In this document: positions 18,138 through 27,293 of the stretch, in pieces
How the letters are laid out: the number at the start of each line of letters is the position of its first letter
How positions within the stretch are numbered: position 1 is the first letter of the stretch
Assembly: GCA_027625095.1 (NCBI GenBank)
Contig: JAQBXN010000005.1
Span: 22,959 to 86,958 of the forward strand
From: Planctomycetota bacterium
GTDB lineage: Bacteria > Planctomycetota > PUPC01 > JACPCR01
Length of the DNA stretch: 64,000 nucleotides
Direction of reading: 5' to 3'
The notes under the pieces: model-generated
Told to the model about the DNA's origin: nothing
What the model saw: the letters and a program-made list of their open reading frames with translations, nothing else
Databases searched by the model: none
Made by a program: the position numbers and the translations under genes

Positions 18138-18675
18138 TTTAGGGGACGGTATGAACACTCAAATCCGCCCTACCCACTCAATGGGATATGCAGTCGCAAT
18201 CGCTCTCGTTGCAACATCGGTCGTCCTCGCAGACCAGGATACTTCTCGAATCACCGTTCGGGTTCACAAATTCGATAAGCTCAGCATCACCGATGGCGGG
18301 GCCATCAACCTCAATCAGTCCATCGCTAACGTGGTGGGCAATCAGACTGTGCTCGGCCCGGCAAATGACTCCACTTCAAGGATGAGCTTTACTCACAATT
18401 CAACTTCCCCAATGAAAATTGTTGCAGAAGTGCAGAGCGTGCCTGGCAAATCGGATATCTCTCTGTCGGTTTCAGTTGACGGAGGCACCGGCAACAAAGT
18501 CATTGTGAACGCTGGCAATGAAACCGGAGTCCACGAAGTCATGACAGACATTCAGCCTGGTGCATTTACAGACAAAGCAATCACCTACACCGCTAGCTGC
18601 ACCAGCGAAGGCACTCCCGTAGACAGCCCGACTGACTTTGGTTTCACAGTCGTTTTCACCAGCATAGAAAATTGA
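18130..18675 (+). CDS. Small secreted hypothetical protein
   Basis: The likely start is ATG 18151, preceded by AGGGGA (MNTQIRPTHSMGYAVAIALVATSVVLA signal peptide). Beta-rich, Ser/Thr/Asn/Val-rich mature region. No family recognised. Confidence 0.5.
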   Translation: MLALGDGMNTQIRPTHSMGYAVAIALVATSVVLADQDTSRITVRVHKFDKLSITDGGAINLNQSIANVVGNQTVLGPANDSTSRMSFTHNSTSPMKIVAEVQSVPGKSDISLSVSVDGGTGNKVIVNAGNETGVHEVMTDIQPGAFTDKAITYTASCTSEGTPVDSPTDFGFTVVFTSIEN

Positions 18676-18700
18676 TCCGAGGACCATCCCAACCCCACAT

Positions 18701-19294
18701 TCAACGCCGCGCATTCTTGGGCCGAAAAGCATCGACGACTTGGGCCTTACACTCAATATAGGGCCCATCGAGCAGATCGACACAGTAAGGCACGGCTTTG
18801 AAAATCTCGTCTATTGTTTCCCGGATGGACTTGGGCCTGCCGGGGAGATTGATAATCAGGGATTTGCCTCTGGTTCCCGCCAACTGCCGACTGAGGATGG
18901 CAGTCGGCACAAACTTAAGTGAGATAGCACGCATCTGCTCACCGAAACCTGGAAGGATGCGTTCGCAGACCGATTCAGTCGCCTCGGGGGTGATGTCCCG
19001 GGTCGCTGGGCCTGTGCCACCAGTGGTCACAATCACCGAGCAGTCGTGCTCGTCGACAAGTTCGATAAGAGCTGCCTCAATGGCGTCCATCTCATCTGGC
19101 ACCACCCGATAAACAGCCTCCCATTCTGACTCGATGGCCTCATGAAAAAATTCGAGAAGCGCTGGCCCGCCCTCGTCCTCATACTCACCCCGACTGGCGC
19201 GGTCGCTCACGGTCACAATGCCAAATCTGGCAAAGTCGCCTTTGGACTTGGGACTGCCGCCCTTGCCGGGAGTATCGGTTGGGAACTGACTCAT
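18701..19294 (-). CDS. mogA: Molybdopterin adenylyltransferase MogA
   Basis: Near full-length similarity, from memory, to E. coli MogA: VSDRASRGEYEDEGGPAL, VTTGGTGPATRDITPEAT, PGFGEQMRAISLKFVPTAILSRQ, INLPGRPKSIRET, VPYCVDLLDGPYIE, AFRPKNARR. Confidence 0.9.
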   Translation of the reverse strand: MSQFPTDTPGKGGSPKSKGDFARFGIVTVSDRASRGEYEDEGGPALLEFFHEAIESEWEAVYRVVPDEMDAIEAALIELVDEHDCSVIVTTGGTGPATRDITPEATESVCERILPGFGEQMRAISLKFVPTAILSRQLAGTRGKSLIINLPGRPKSIRETIDEIFKAVPYCVDLLDGPYIECKAQVVDAFRPKNARR

Positions 19295-19356
19295 GTGCTC
19301 AATTCAGTAAACGGTTGATTTTGAATGTTTGCAGCTCGGCCTTCATGAAGAAATTC

Positions 19357-20652
19357 TTACTCATCAGTAACCAATTCACCCAGTAGCATCAGAAAACCGA
19401 CACGAAACCCGGTGCCATCATATTTCTTTGCATCGAAATTCGGTTTGAGCTTTTCCTCCGTGACGACCGAACTTCTGTCCGGCTGCTCCGGATGCAATTC
19501 TACAGTCACTTCGTGGATCTCATCCCTCAAGTTGCTTGCCACTCCTAAGCTCGCCAGGCGGTGATAGCGGCAGTATTTATCGAAACGTGGTCTGGGCTTC
19601 GGATGGGTGCTTCCATCGACCGTAATAATGACCTGGCCTCCATCAGGGCCGAGGATGTCATAAAGAGCGGCTGTCGTCCCTTTGAATTTAAACGTCAGCT
19701 TTGCTCCCGCCTTCGTAGCTTCCCACAATGCTGGCAGTCGATTCTGAAAGCTCTTGCCAAGACCCGTTGCTGGATCGAGCAGAGCCCACTCACCGCTCAT
19801 CATATCCTTGGATAACGGGACAAGTTTAGCGCGCTCCCAGTTGTCCGTGATGTAAGGCGTTTTGATTTCGTGCTTCCCCGGCACTGAATCCGCCATAGCA
19901 GCCAACGCCTCGGCGATAACTTCCGTGTAAACCGTGTGGCCACCGTCAAGAGGGTGGACGCCATCTTTAGAGAACAGAACTACATCATCCGGAATCGGCA
20001 TTTCCTTGCCGTTCTCATCCTTCGCCGGAACGTAAAGTAATTTCCCCTCACGGGCGAGTTCCGCGGTTTTCATCGCCGCATTGATGGATGGAATTCCATA
20101 GTGCTCCGCAAGCATTTCATCGGCGGACGCGGCCTGCGGACAAAGGCCCTTATCGAGATCTTTCTCGTAATTCACACGGAAGGTATACACATAGCAGATG
20201 TCGGTCGTCGGGTCGGCCTGCCACGCTTGACGGATGATGCCCTCCATCCCACGCCAGATGTTTTCGGGCAATGCGGCTCCGTCGTTCACCGCAAATTCAA
20301 CAAAGATCAGATCCGGATTGTGCTGCAACACATCCTGATGGCAGCGGTAGACACCCAGATCCGAACCTGTGCCGCCAATGGCTGCATTGATTTCACTGAT
20401 CTTTGAATCCGGATAGCGGGATTGAAACCACTTCAAGGATTTCACGCGCCAGCCAGCCTGTGCAGTGATGCTGCCGCCAAAATAAGCGATGCGCACATCT
20501 TTACCGGCCTTCAATTTGGTGAAGACATTACCGAGGCCGTCACGCTTGTGAAAAAGCTTGGCGGGAACGAGCCTGATCGTTTGGTGCTCCGAGAAACCCT
20601 CGAAACAGAAAACGACAGAAAAAAGGAGAGACTGTTTAAGCATTAATTTCAT
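19357..20652 (-). CDS. Exported SGNH/GDSL-type hydrolase with C-terminal extra domain
   Basis: 431 aa with a signal-like N-terminus. SGNH blocks: IAYFGGSIT, AIGGTGS, FVEFAVNDG, DGVHP. Its start overlaps the stop of the upstream PhyH gene by 4 nt. Confidence 0.7.
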   Translation of the reverse strand: MKLMLKQSLLFSVVFCFEGFSEHQTIRLVPAKLFHKRDGLGNVFTKLKAGKDVRIAYFGGSITAQAGWRVKSLKWFQSRYPDSKISEINAAIGGTGSDLGVYRCHQDVLQHNPDLIFVEFAVNDGAALPENIWRGMEGIIRQAWQADPTTDICYVYTFRVNYEKDLDKGLCPQAASADEMLAEHYGIPSINAAMKTAELAREGKLLYVPAKDENGKEMPIPDDVVLFSKDGVHPLDGGHTVYTEVIAEALAAMADSVPGKHEIKTPYITDNWERAKLVPLSKDMMSGEWALLDPATGLGKSFQNRLPALWEATKAGAKLTFKFKGTTAALYDILGPDGGQVIITVDGSTHPKPRPRFDKYCRYHRLASLGVASNLRDEIHEVTVELHPEQPDRSSVVTEEKLKPNFDAKKYDGTGFRVGFLMLLGELVTDE

Positions 20653-21458
20653 CCTGCGAGTTTGTTTACCTCATCGTCCCATGTGCCCTCGATTCGAACG
20701 CCGTATTCCCTCTCCCCGCCGGTGGCATCCGGGCCGGTTATCACCGGGGGCAATTTTTCCCACTTGTAATGTTCTGGGATGAAATCAGTGCGCAGGAAGT
20801 GATACGCACAACCAGCCCGTGGTTTGTCGGTCGTGTTTCCTTTGGTGCAGTGCGGGATTCCGTAATTGAAGAAGAGCACGCCTCCGGCCTTCATCTCCAC
20901 CGCGATTACGTTCTCCTCATCCGGCTGGCAGGTGATGTGGTGATCGCTATCCGGATCGCGTTCGTGGTCGTAAGCCTTTTTGTGTCCGCCGGGCTCAATA
21001 TGCATAGTACCGTTTTCGATGCTGGCATCGTGAAGAGCGATCCACATACCGGTTGCCTTGGTCGGATCACTGACCTTGAAGTAGCCGTTGTCCTGATGCC
21101 AGTTAGTGCCCGCACCGGTATGAGGAGGCTTAAAGAAAATCTGGTCAAGATGCCGAAGATAAGGATCCCCAATGAGCTTGCTGAGGGTGTCCTTCACTTT
21201 GGGACACCACGGCAATGCCCGATAGAGATCACTCTTGTTGTTGAGCGGTATGATTTGGTAATTCGTTTTCGTGTTCGAATGGGTTTTTCCATCGCCATCA
21301 GTAGAAACATTCCGGCCAAGCCCGTCTCGCACAAAGCGATTAAGCTCTGCGACCATGGCTGCCTTTTCCCGGTCATCGAAGAAGTCTTCAAGAATCAGAT
21401 AGCCTTCGTGCTTGAACTGCTGAATTTGGTCTGCCGTTATTTCCATTTCGGATTGCAT
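20649..21458 (-). CDS. Phytanoyl-CoA dioxygenase (PhyH) family Fe(II)/2-oxoglutarate oxygenase
   Basis: 269 aa. FKHEGYLILEDFF start, WHQDNGYF (HxD iron-ligand region) and a distal His (IPHCT) are typical of the PhyH family. Confidence 0.75.
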   Translation of the reverse strand: MQSEMEITADQIQQFKHEGYLILEDFFDDREKAAMVAELNRFVRDGLGRNVSTDGDGKTHSNTKTNYQIIPLNNKSDLYRALPWCPKVKDTLSKLIGDPYLRHLDQIFFKPPHTGAGTNWHQDNGYFKVSDPTKATGMWIALHDASIENGTMHIEPGGHKKAYDHERDPDSDHHITCQPDEENVIAVEMKAGGVLFFNYGIPHCTKGNTTDKPRAGCAYHFLRTDFIPEHYKWEKLPPVITGPDATGGEREYGVRIEGTWDDEVNKLAG

Positions 21459-21514
21459 AGCTGGTGTCGTTCAAAGGTGAAAGTACTTTCTGCCCCAAAC
21501 AGTCGAAATCCGGC

Positions 21515-22279
21515 TCACTGGCTGGCGGCCGCGCTCCCGTTCTCTTCTTCGATAACTTTGCGCCACTGCAATGGCACACCCGCCCAGGCTTCCATATAGG
21601 TCTGTTCAAGTGGCACGTTGATGTAGTAGCCCTCGTCAAGAAACAAAGGCATGTCAGGGAGGTTGGCATTAAGGGCGATGGGCTCGACGTACGCTCTCGG
21701 CGCCTGTTCAGCAGCTTCGTAGGCCGCGAGGGTGAATGCCTTGCCTTCGGGCATTTGGAACGGGCGACTGCATAACTGCGACCAGAGGGCTCCGTGGATG
21801 CCCTGCGGATCGAATTTGCCGGGAGGATGAAGATCAATGACCAACAGATGGATGCCGCTACGGAGGGCGGAAACTGCCTTGTCCAGGAATTGGTCAAGGG
21901 CTTTCTGGCGATTCTTGTTTCCTTGGGAAACGATTCCGATAATAGCGACTAATTCATCGTTGAGCGTATGTTTGATGAGAAGGGATCTTCTCTTAAGTGC
22001 ATAGAAATCCACATCCTCAAGCCTCTCGGTAATGCTGACCTGTGGTGGGGCTTCCGCGACGGCAGTCATCCCCAAATGCTCTTTGGGAGTGATTTCGTCA
22101 TTACCAGAATGCAGAGCCAAGACATCTGGTCCAACCTCGCGGGCAGACTGCTCAGCCAGGGCGTAGTGATCTGGAGGGAGCAGTCCGTTGTTTAGGTCTC
22201 TGGCGATTATCCCTATCCAAAAGGTGTGCAGGTGATGAAACATTCCTGCGATGACTTTTGTCCAATCATGAACCGGCAT
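21515..22279 (-). CDS. DUF4058 family protein
   Basis: 254 aa. The N-terminus MPVHDWTKVIAGMFHHLHTFWIGIIARDLNNGLLPPDHYALAEQ matches the characteristic DUF4058 start as I recall it. Confidence 0.65.
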   Translation of the reverse strand: MPVHDWTKVIAGMFHHLHTFWIGIIARDLNNGLLPPDHYALAEQSAREVGPDVLALHSGNDEITPKEHLGMTAVAEAPPQVSITERLEDVDFYALKRRSLLIKHTLNDELVAIIGIVSQGNKNRQKALDQFLDKAVSALRSGIHLLVIDLHPPGKFDPQGIHGALWSQLCSRPFQMPEGKAFTLAAYEAAEQAPRAYVEPIALNANLPDMPLFLDEGYYINVPLEQTYMEAWAGVPLQWRKVIEEENGSAAASQ

Positions 22280-22424
22280 GTTCTCCTCCTTAGTTATTAC
22301 TCACAAGGGAACGTCCACATCGTCGTATTCGTCGCATCTCAGTCTTCATGTCTCGCAGCTCATGAATCTCATCTTCAGCGCAACTGGGAAAGTTGCCGCG
22401 AGTGTATAAAAAGATCGGAGCATG

Positions 22425-22789
22425 TCATTCCAGTAGCTCTCTTCGCTCCTTCAACGATGACCGCACGATCTTCGAGAGCGTGACCTCCATGGCGACCGAG
22501 CGGCCGATCCCTTTGTCGCGGCACAACATGACCTTTCCCATGACGCCCTAGGCGATTTCCGATTCCTTTTCGATTGCTTTCAGGCCGACCCCTCGCGCTT
22601 CGATCTCGCTGATCGAGCTTTGTGGTTCCCCTGATTCCTGCTCGTTCGCCTGGATGGTCTCGCCTGAGTCACAGCACTGAAACGGGGCGCGGGTGACACT
22701 GGGCATTTGATCTTCTTGCCCGCCTTCTCTTCGGAGACAGTCAGTCTCTCAGCACAGCCGGTATTCGGGCAGATGAATTCAATCGGCAT
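22425..22789 (-). pseudogene. Possible degraded zinc-ribbon + Ser/Thr protein kinase N-lobe remnant
   Basis: MPIEFICPNTGCAERLTVSEEKAGKKIKCP... is a half zinc-ribbon whose second CxxC is lost by an apparent frame problem. After a frame change and a TAG (22548-22550) comes GVMGKVMLCRDKGIGRSVAMEVTL. This resembles kinase subdomains I-II (GxMGxVxxxRDxxxxRxVAxKV), with E where the conserved K is expected. The reading frame ends at TGA 22425-22427. Confidence 0.3.
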
Positions 22790-22898
22790 GAGAAGTAATA
22801 AAAGCAATCGTCCGTTCTCAGTTGCTGCGTATTTGTAAACTCACTGTAATTGATCTCAAATCCAACATGAATATAGCTGACTTGCCGTCGAGTCTTTC

Positions 22899-24161
22899 TT
22901 GGCTTTGAGATTTCCCTCTATCGCTTCCTCACACACCAGATCGATCATGAGTATCAAAATTGGAATCGTAGGCGTCGGTTCGTTCGCCCAGTGCTTTATA
23001 CCTCTATTCAAAGCACACCCTTTGGTCGAAAGGGTCGTCCTATGTGACCTCGACAGCGACAAGCTGGCCCAAAACGCCGAGAAGCACGGAATTCACGAGA
23101 CGTGCGGTTCACTCGAGGAACTCTGCTCCACAGATGTGGATGCGGTCGCGATTATCACACAGAACTGGATGCACGCGCCGCAGGCGATCACTGCTTTGAA
23201 GGCCGGAAAACACGTCTACTCCGCCGTGCCAACAGGTATCACGTACGAGGAAATCGCGACGCTTGTGAAGACGGTCGAGGAGACCGGTGGCATCTACATG
23301 ATTGGAGAGACGAGCACCTACTATCCCGGCGTGATCTATTGTCGTAACCGTTTTCGTAAGGGCGACTTCGGCCATGTCGTCTACGGGGAAGCCGAGTACT
23401 ACCACGACTGGGATCATGGCCTTTACGACGTGATGAAGTGGCGCGGTGGCAACAACTGGAAACGCTACGCCGGCGGGCCGCCCATGCATTACCCGACCCA
23501 TTCAACGAGCCAGATCATTTCGGTGACCGGCGCCCGAATGACTCAAGTGTCTTGCCAGGGCTTTACGGACACCAGCGACGACGGGATTTATCTGAAAGAG
23601 GTGAACGAATGGCAGAACATATTCAGCAACGAGTCCGCGCTCTTCAGAATGTCGGATGGCAGCTCATGCCGGATTAATGAATTTCGACGCGTTGGCCATC
23701 CAGGGACTGTGCGGATGGCGATGTGGGGAACGGAAGGAAGCTTTGAGCACAATGCGGCTGGCTCGATCTGGTTGACCAAAAAACACCGGGAGAGTGAGAG
23801 GCTTGACGATCTCCTGGCATGCAAAGGCGCTCCGGTCAAGAGGGAGAAAGAGGCCATGGACGTGGTGACCGCAGACGATGGCACGCACCTTCATGCTAGC
23901 GCCGTTCATCCGGTCGAACGATTGCCTAAAGAATTCATCGGGCTTTCCAATGGTCATTCAGGGTCGCACCAATTTCTCGTCGACGATTTCGTACGAGCTT
24001 GTGAGGAAGGAAGGCATCCAGAAATGAACCACGTTTGGGATGCAGCTCGATATGCGATCCCGGGCATCATCGCACATGAGTCGGCGGAGAAGGGGGGCGA
24101 GTTATTGCAAGTACCGGACTTGGGTGACCGGCCAGGGGGAGGATGCAATCAAGTCCGATAG
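22899..24161 (+). CDS. Cytoplasmic Gfo/Idh/MocA family oxidoreductase
   Basis: The likely start is ATG 22947 (MSIKIGIVGVGSFAQ Rossmann start). Core motifs: AVAIITQNWMHAPQAITALKAGKHVYSAVP. No signal peptide. Confidence 0.85.
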   Translation: MALRFPSIASSHTRSIMSIKIGIVGVGSFAQCFIPLFKAHPLVERVVLCDLDSDKLAQNAEKHGIHETCGSLEELCSTDVDAVAIITQNWMHAPQAITALKAGKHVYSAVPTGITYEEIATLVKTVEETGGIYMIGETSTYYPGVIYCRNRFRKGDFGHVVYGEAEYYHDWDHGLYDVMKWRGGNNWKRYAGGPPMHYPTHSTSQIISVTGARMTQVSCQGFTDTSDDGIYLKEVNEWQNIFSNESALFRMSDGSSCRINEFRRVGHPGTVRMAMWGTEGSFEHNAAGSIWLTKKHRESERLDDLLACKGAPVKREKEAMDVVTADDGTHLHASAVHPVERLPKEFIGLSNGHSGSHQFLVDDFVRACEEGRHPEMNHVWDAARYAIPGIIAHESAEKGGELLQVPDLGDRPGGGCNQVR

Positions 24162-25321
24162 ATTTTTTCGTGAGCCGCCACGCAGAAGTCTGTTGTAAAA
24201 GACTCTTGAATACGTTTCCGCGCATTTGAGCCCATGACTTTTCTTGTCTCTTCGTCATCCAATAGACAGCTCACCGTCACTGCCACTTTCGCGCAATCTC
24301 CAAATGGGATGAGCATCCCGGTAACTCCATCAATAATCGCAGGTCGGAGTTCGGGTAGTTCAAAAGCGACGACTGGCGTTCCTGCTGACATGGATTCCAA
24401 CACCGCGTATGGCAAGCCTTCGTAGTGCGAGGTCATAAGGAGTAGATCGAAGATTTGATAGAAGGGCATGATGTCTTCTCGGTGACCGAGCAGTCGTACT
24501 CGCCCTTCCAGGCCAAGCGCCTCTAATTCAGTCTGCAATCTTCGGCGTTGGCCCCCTTCGCCGAGCAGGAGGAATGTGACTTGAGGATTCTTCGCGCAAA
24601 CCGTGTTGGCGATCTGCAGCAATTCGTGGAGCCCTTTCTGTTCAGTAAGCCGGCCAACGAAACCAACGACTTTCTCCGTCTCGGAGATGCCTAAATCGGT
24701 ACGAAGTTCGGCGGAAAGGCCCGAGTCGGGCTGCGGAATTGCAACACCGTTATAAATGACCTCGATTTTGCTTTCGTGCTTGAGCCCTTCGAAAACAAAG
24801 CGTTCCTTCTGTTTCTCTGAGAGCGCTATCAAGATATCAGTAAATTCACCGGCGAAGCGTTCCATGATGCGATACATCCATTTCTGAAACCTGGAACAAC
24901 CCGTCGCCTGGAAGGCAAGCGTGTGTGGGGTGTGGATGACTCTTGGCACGCCGGCGATGGCCGCTGCAATACGCCCTAGAAGTCCCGCCTTTGAACTGTG
25001 TGTGTGCACGACATCGCACGGATGCCTGAGAAAGTACCGAACCAGCCAGACCACTTGAGCAAAATCCCGGGCTGGATCTACTTCACGCCGCATGGGAAGG
25101 ATGACCACTTCGATTCCGAGCACTTTCATGGCCTCGATATCAGCATCGAAATCGCTGGTGCGCAGATTGGAACAGATGACAGTCACCTGAAATCTTGACT
25201 GATCGAGGTTCTCGGTCAATTGCCGCAGATGCTCTCGAGTCCCACCGATGGTGGCTTCCATCAAGAGCGTGAGTCTTGTCATTGGTGCCGCAGACGATTG
25301 GTGCGAGGTGTCAGAGGTCAT
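24149..25321 (-). CDS. Glycosyltransferase family 4 (GT-B fold)
   Basis: 390 aa. N-terminal GT4-type domain (TIGGTREHL..., HTHSSKAG). C-terminal Glycos_transf_1-like block (VGFVGRLTEQKG...LLGEG...SHYEGLPYAVLESMSAGTPVVA). Its 3' end overlaps the convergent Gfo gene by 13 nt. Confidence 0.8.
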   Translation of the reverse strand: MTSDTSHQSSAAPMTRLTLLMEATIGGTREHLRQLTENLDQSRFQVTVICSNLRTSDFDADIEAMKVLGIEVVILPMRREVDPARDFAQVVWLVRYFLRHPCDVVHTHSSKAGLLGRIAAAIAGVPRVIHTPHTLAFQATGCSRFQKWMYRIMERFAGEFTDILIALSEKQKERFVFEGLKHESKIEVIYNGVAIPQPDSGLSAELRTDLGISETEKVVGFVGRLTEQKGLHELLQIANTVCAKNPQVTFLLLGEGGQRRRLQTELEALGLEGRVRLLGHREDIMPFYQIFDLLLMTSHYEGLPYAVLESMSAGTPVVAFELPELRPAIIDGVTGMLIPFGDCAKVAVTVSCLLDDEETRKVMGSNARKRIQESFTTDFCVAAHEKIYRT

Positions 25322-25362
25322 TCCAAAACCCCGTCGGTTAGCCTGAACATCGATAAGAGAAA

Positions 25363-27141
25363 TCAGAAGAAGACCACACGCTGCGCTTCTTCAAGAGTGG
25401 TTATCTGTGCCTGCATCTTCTGGGATACGTCGTCGACCAGTGTCTTCATCCCCTCATCTCGGGCCAGCGTTCGAATCGAAGAGTCGGACTCTCCCTTCAG
25501 GATCAGTTGCTTGAGGGCATCTGATACGATCAGCACCTCAAAGATACCAACACGGCCCTTGTAGCCGGTCTGATTGCATACTTCACAGCCACCCGGCCGC
25601 TTGATGACTACCGCTTCCCGGCCGCCCATATCCACAGTCAGGCCTTCAAGTTCGAGCGCTGTAGCTTCATAGTCCTGGGAGCACTTGACGCAGACGCGAC
25701 GAACAAGCCGCTGGGCCTGAACTCCAACGAGGGACGAAGCAACCAGAAACGGCTCGACCCCCATATCGACCAGACGGGTGACTGCACTGGGGGCATCATT
25801 AGTATGCAAGGTACTGAGAACCAGATGTCCGGTGAGGGATGCCTCAATGGCGATCTTCGCGGTTTCCGTATCGCGAATTTCACCCACCATGATGATGTCA
25901 GGGTCTTGACGAAGAGCGGCTCGCAGACAGGCGGTAAACGACAATCCACCGCGTTCATTGATTTCAGCCTGGGTAATACCTTCGACCTGAGTTTCCACCG
26001 GATCTTCCACCGTCAGGATATTATTGGCGGGGGTATTGACCTCATTGAGACAGGCATAGAGCGTCGTTGACTTTCCCGAGCCGGTTGGGCCGGTAATCAG
26101 AACTAATCCGTAAGGTCGTTTGATGGCACCCCGAATGCGGTCCTCATTTTTCTTATCAAAACCGAGCTGATCAAGTGTGACAATTTCGTCTTTATGCTCC
26201 GCCACGCGCATCACGATTTTCGATCCGCCTACAGAGGGCAACACAGACACACGACATTCAAACGCGCGGTTTCCGATTTTTACAGACATACGCCCGTCCT
26301 GCGGACTCATCCTGTTGGAGAAATCCAATCCGGCCATCACTTTGATACGGGCGGCGACGACCCTCATAAGACCGCGGGGAACCTGCGTGCCATCCTGAAG
26401 AATTCCATCCACTCGATACCGAACCTGCAGACGATCTGATTCCGGTTGAAGGTGGATGTCGCTTGAGCCCCTGCGAATACCTTCAGTAAGGATGGAGTTC
26501 ACCAGCTTGATAACTGGCATGTCATCAACACCGGTAGCCTGATTGCTGATCTGATGGACATCATCTGCATGTCTATCTTCGACGATGATCCCCATTTCCT
26601 CGGCTTTGTGGAGGACGTTTTGCACTTCCTCATCGGATTGCTTTTCGATAACGCTTTCTTCGTCCTCGTCCATCCCGATGCCCCAGAGCTCCTTATATTT
26701 TTCTCCCAGCGCAGCTCTCGAAACCACCATCGGACGGATGTCGTAGCCCGTGATCAGCCGCACTTCATCGAGCACATCCACTTTCAAGGGATCGAGAATG
26801 CCACATGCCAGAATGCCACCTTTAAGCTGCAACAGCAGGATACCTGCCTTCCGCTGATAACTGGCTTCTACCAACTCCACAACACTTCTGGAGATCTTGG
26901 AATGTCGCAGATCGACGAATGGCAGCCCCCACTGAACACTCAGGCATTTGGCCAGCTCTTCCTCGCTGATCGCGCCATCTGCTACAAGTTGCGCGCCTAA
27001 CTGCAGGCCGGATTCGAGGGAATGCTCAATCGCATGCTTGATCTGGGAATTGGTTACTTTTGTGTATTGAGCAATGATCTCCCCAAGCTTACGGGGATCC
27101 GCACGAGTGATGTGCGTCTTGTGCATCTCCCTCGCTGGCAT
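25363..27141 (-). CDS. GspE/PilB-type secretion/pilus assembly ATPase with N-terminal T2SSE_N (MshEN-like) domain
   Basis: 592 aa. Walker A GPTGSGKST. Asp and His boxes (VGEIRD, LVLSTLHTNDA). Tetracysteine motif (CVKC...CEVC). The N-terminal GSPII_E_N-like repeat contains LGAQLV...ISEEELAKCLSVQWGLPFVDL. Confidence 0.9.
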   Translation of the reverse strand: MPAREMHKTHITRADPRKLGEIIAQYTKVTNSQIKHAIEHSLESGLQLGAQLVADGAISEEELAKCLSVQWGLPFVDLRHSKISRSVVELVEASYQRKAGILLLQLKGGILACGILDPLKVDVLDEVRLITGYDIRPMVVSRAALGEKYKELWGIGMDEDEESVIEKQSDEEVQNVLHKAEEMGIIVEDRHADDVHQISNQATGVDDMPVIKLVNSILTEGIRRGSSDIHLQPESDRLQVRYRVDGILQDGTQVPRGLMRVVAARIKVMAGLDFSNRMSPQDGRMSVKIGNRAFECRVSVLPSVGGSKIVMRVAEHKDEIVTLDQLGFDKKNEDRIRGAIKRPYGLVLITGPTGSGKSTTLYACLNEVNTPANNILTVEDPVETQVEGITQAEINERGGLSFTACLRAALRQDPDIIMVGEIRDTETAKIAIEASLTGHLVLSTLHTNDAPSAVTRLVDMGVEPFLVASSLVGVQAQRLVRRVCVKCSQDYEATALELEGLTVDMGGREAVVIKRPGGCEVCNQTGYKGRVGIFEVLIVSDALKQLILKGESDSSIRTLARDEGMKTLVDDVSQKMQAQITTLEEAQRVVFF

Positions 27142-27293
27142 CTCAATCCCTCCATCTCTTCAAATGATTCATAATCTGAACTCGTATGCTTCTTACTCTA
27201 ACATATGTTCTGCATCAACAAACGCAGGTGCAGATTCGGTCACTTATTATATTCTGGCAACACGCAACCACCCTTTTATTTTCAGGAGACAAT

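Noticed and set aside
20769-21599. 276-aa plus-strand ORF
   Set aside because: It lies entirely antisense to the PhyH gene and the 3' end of the DUF4058 gene, both of which have clear family motifs. Shadow ORF.
22580-22807. 75-aa ORF as an intact small zinc-ribbon protein
   Set aside because: Only the first Cys pair is present. The second half is an Arg/Ser-rich tail that looks like an out-of-frame read. It is better interpreted as part of a decayed gene (see the pseudogene call), itself at low confidence.
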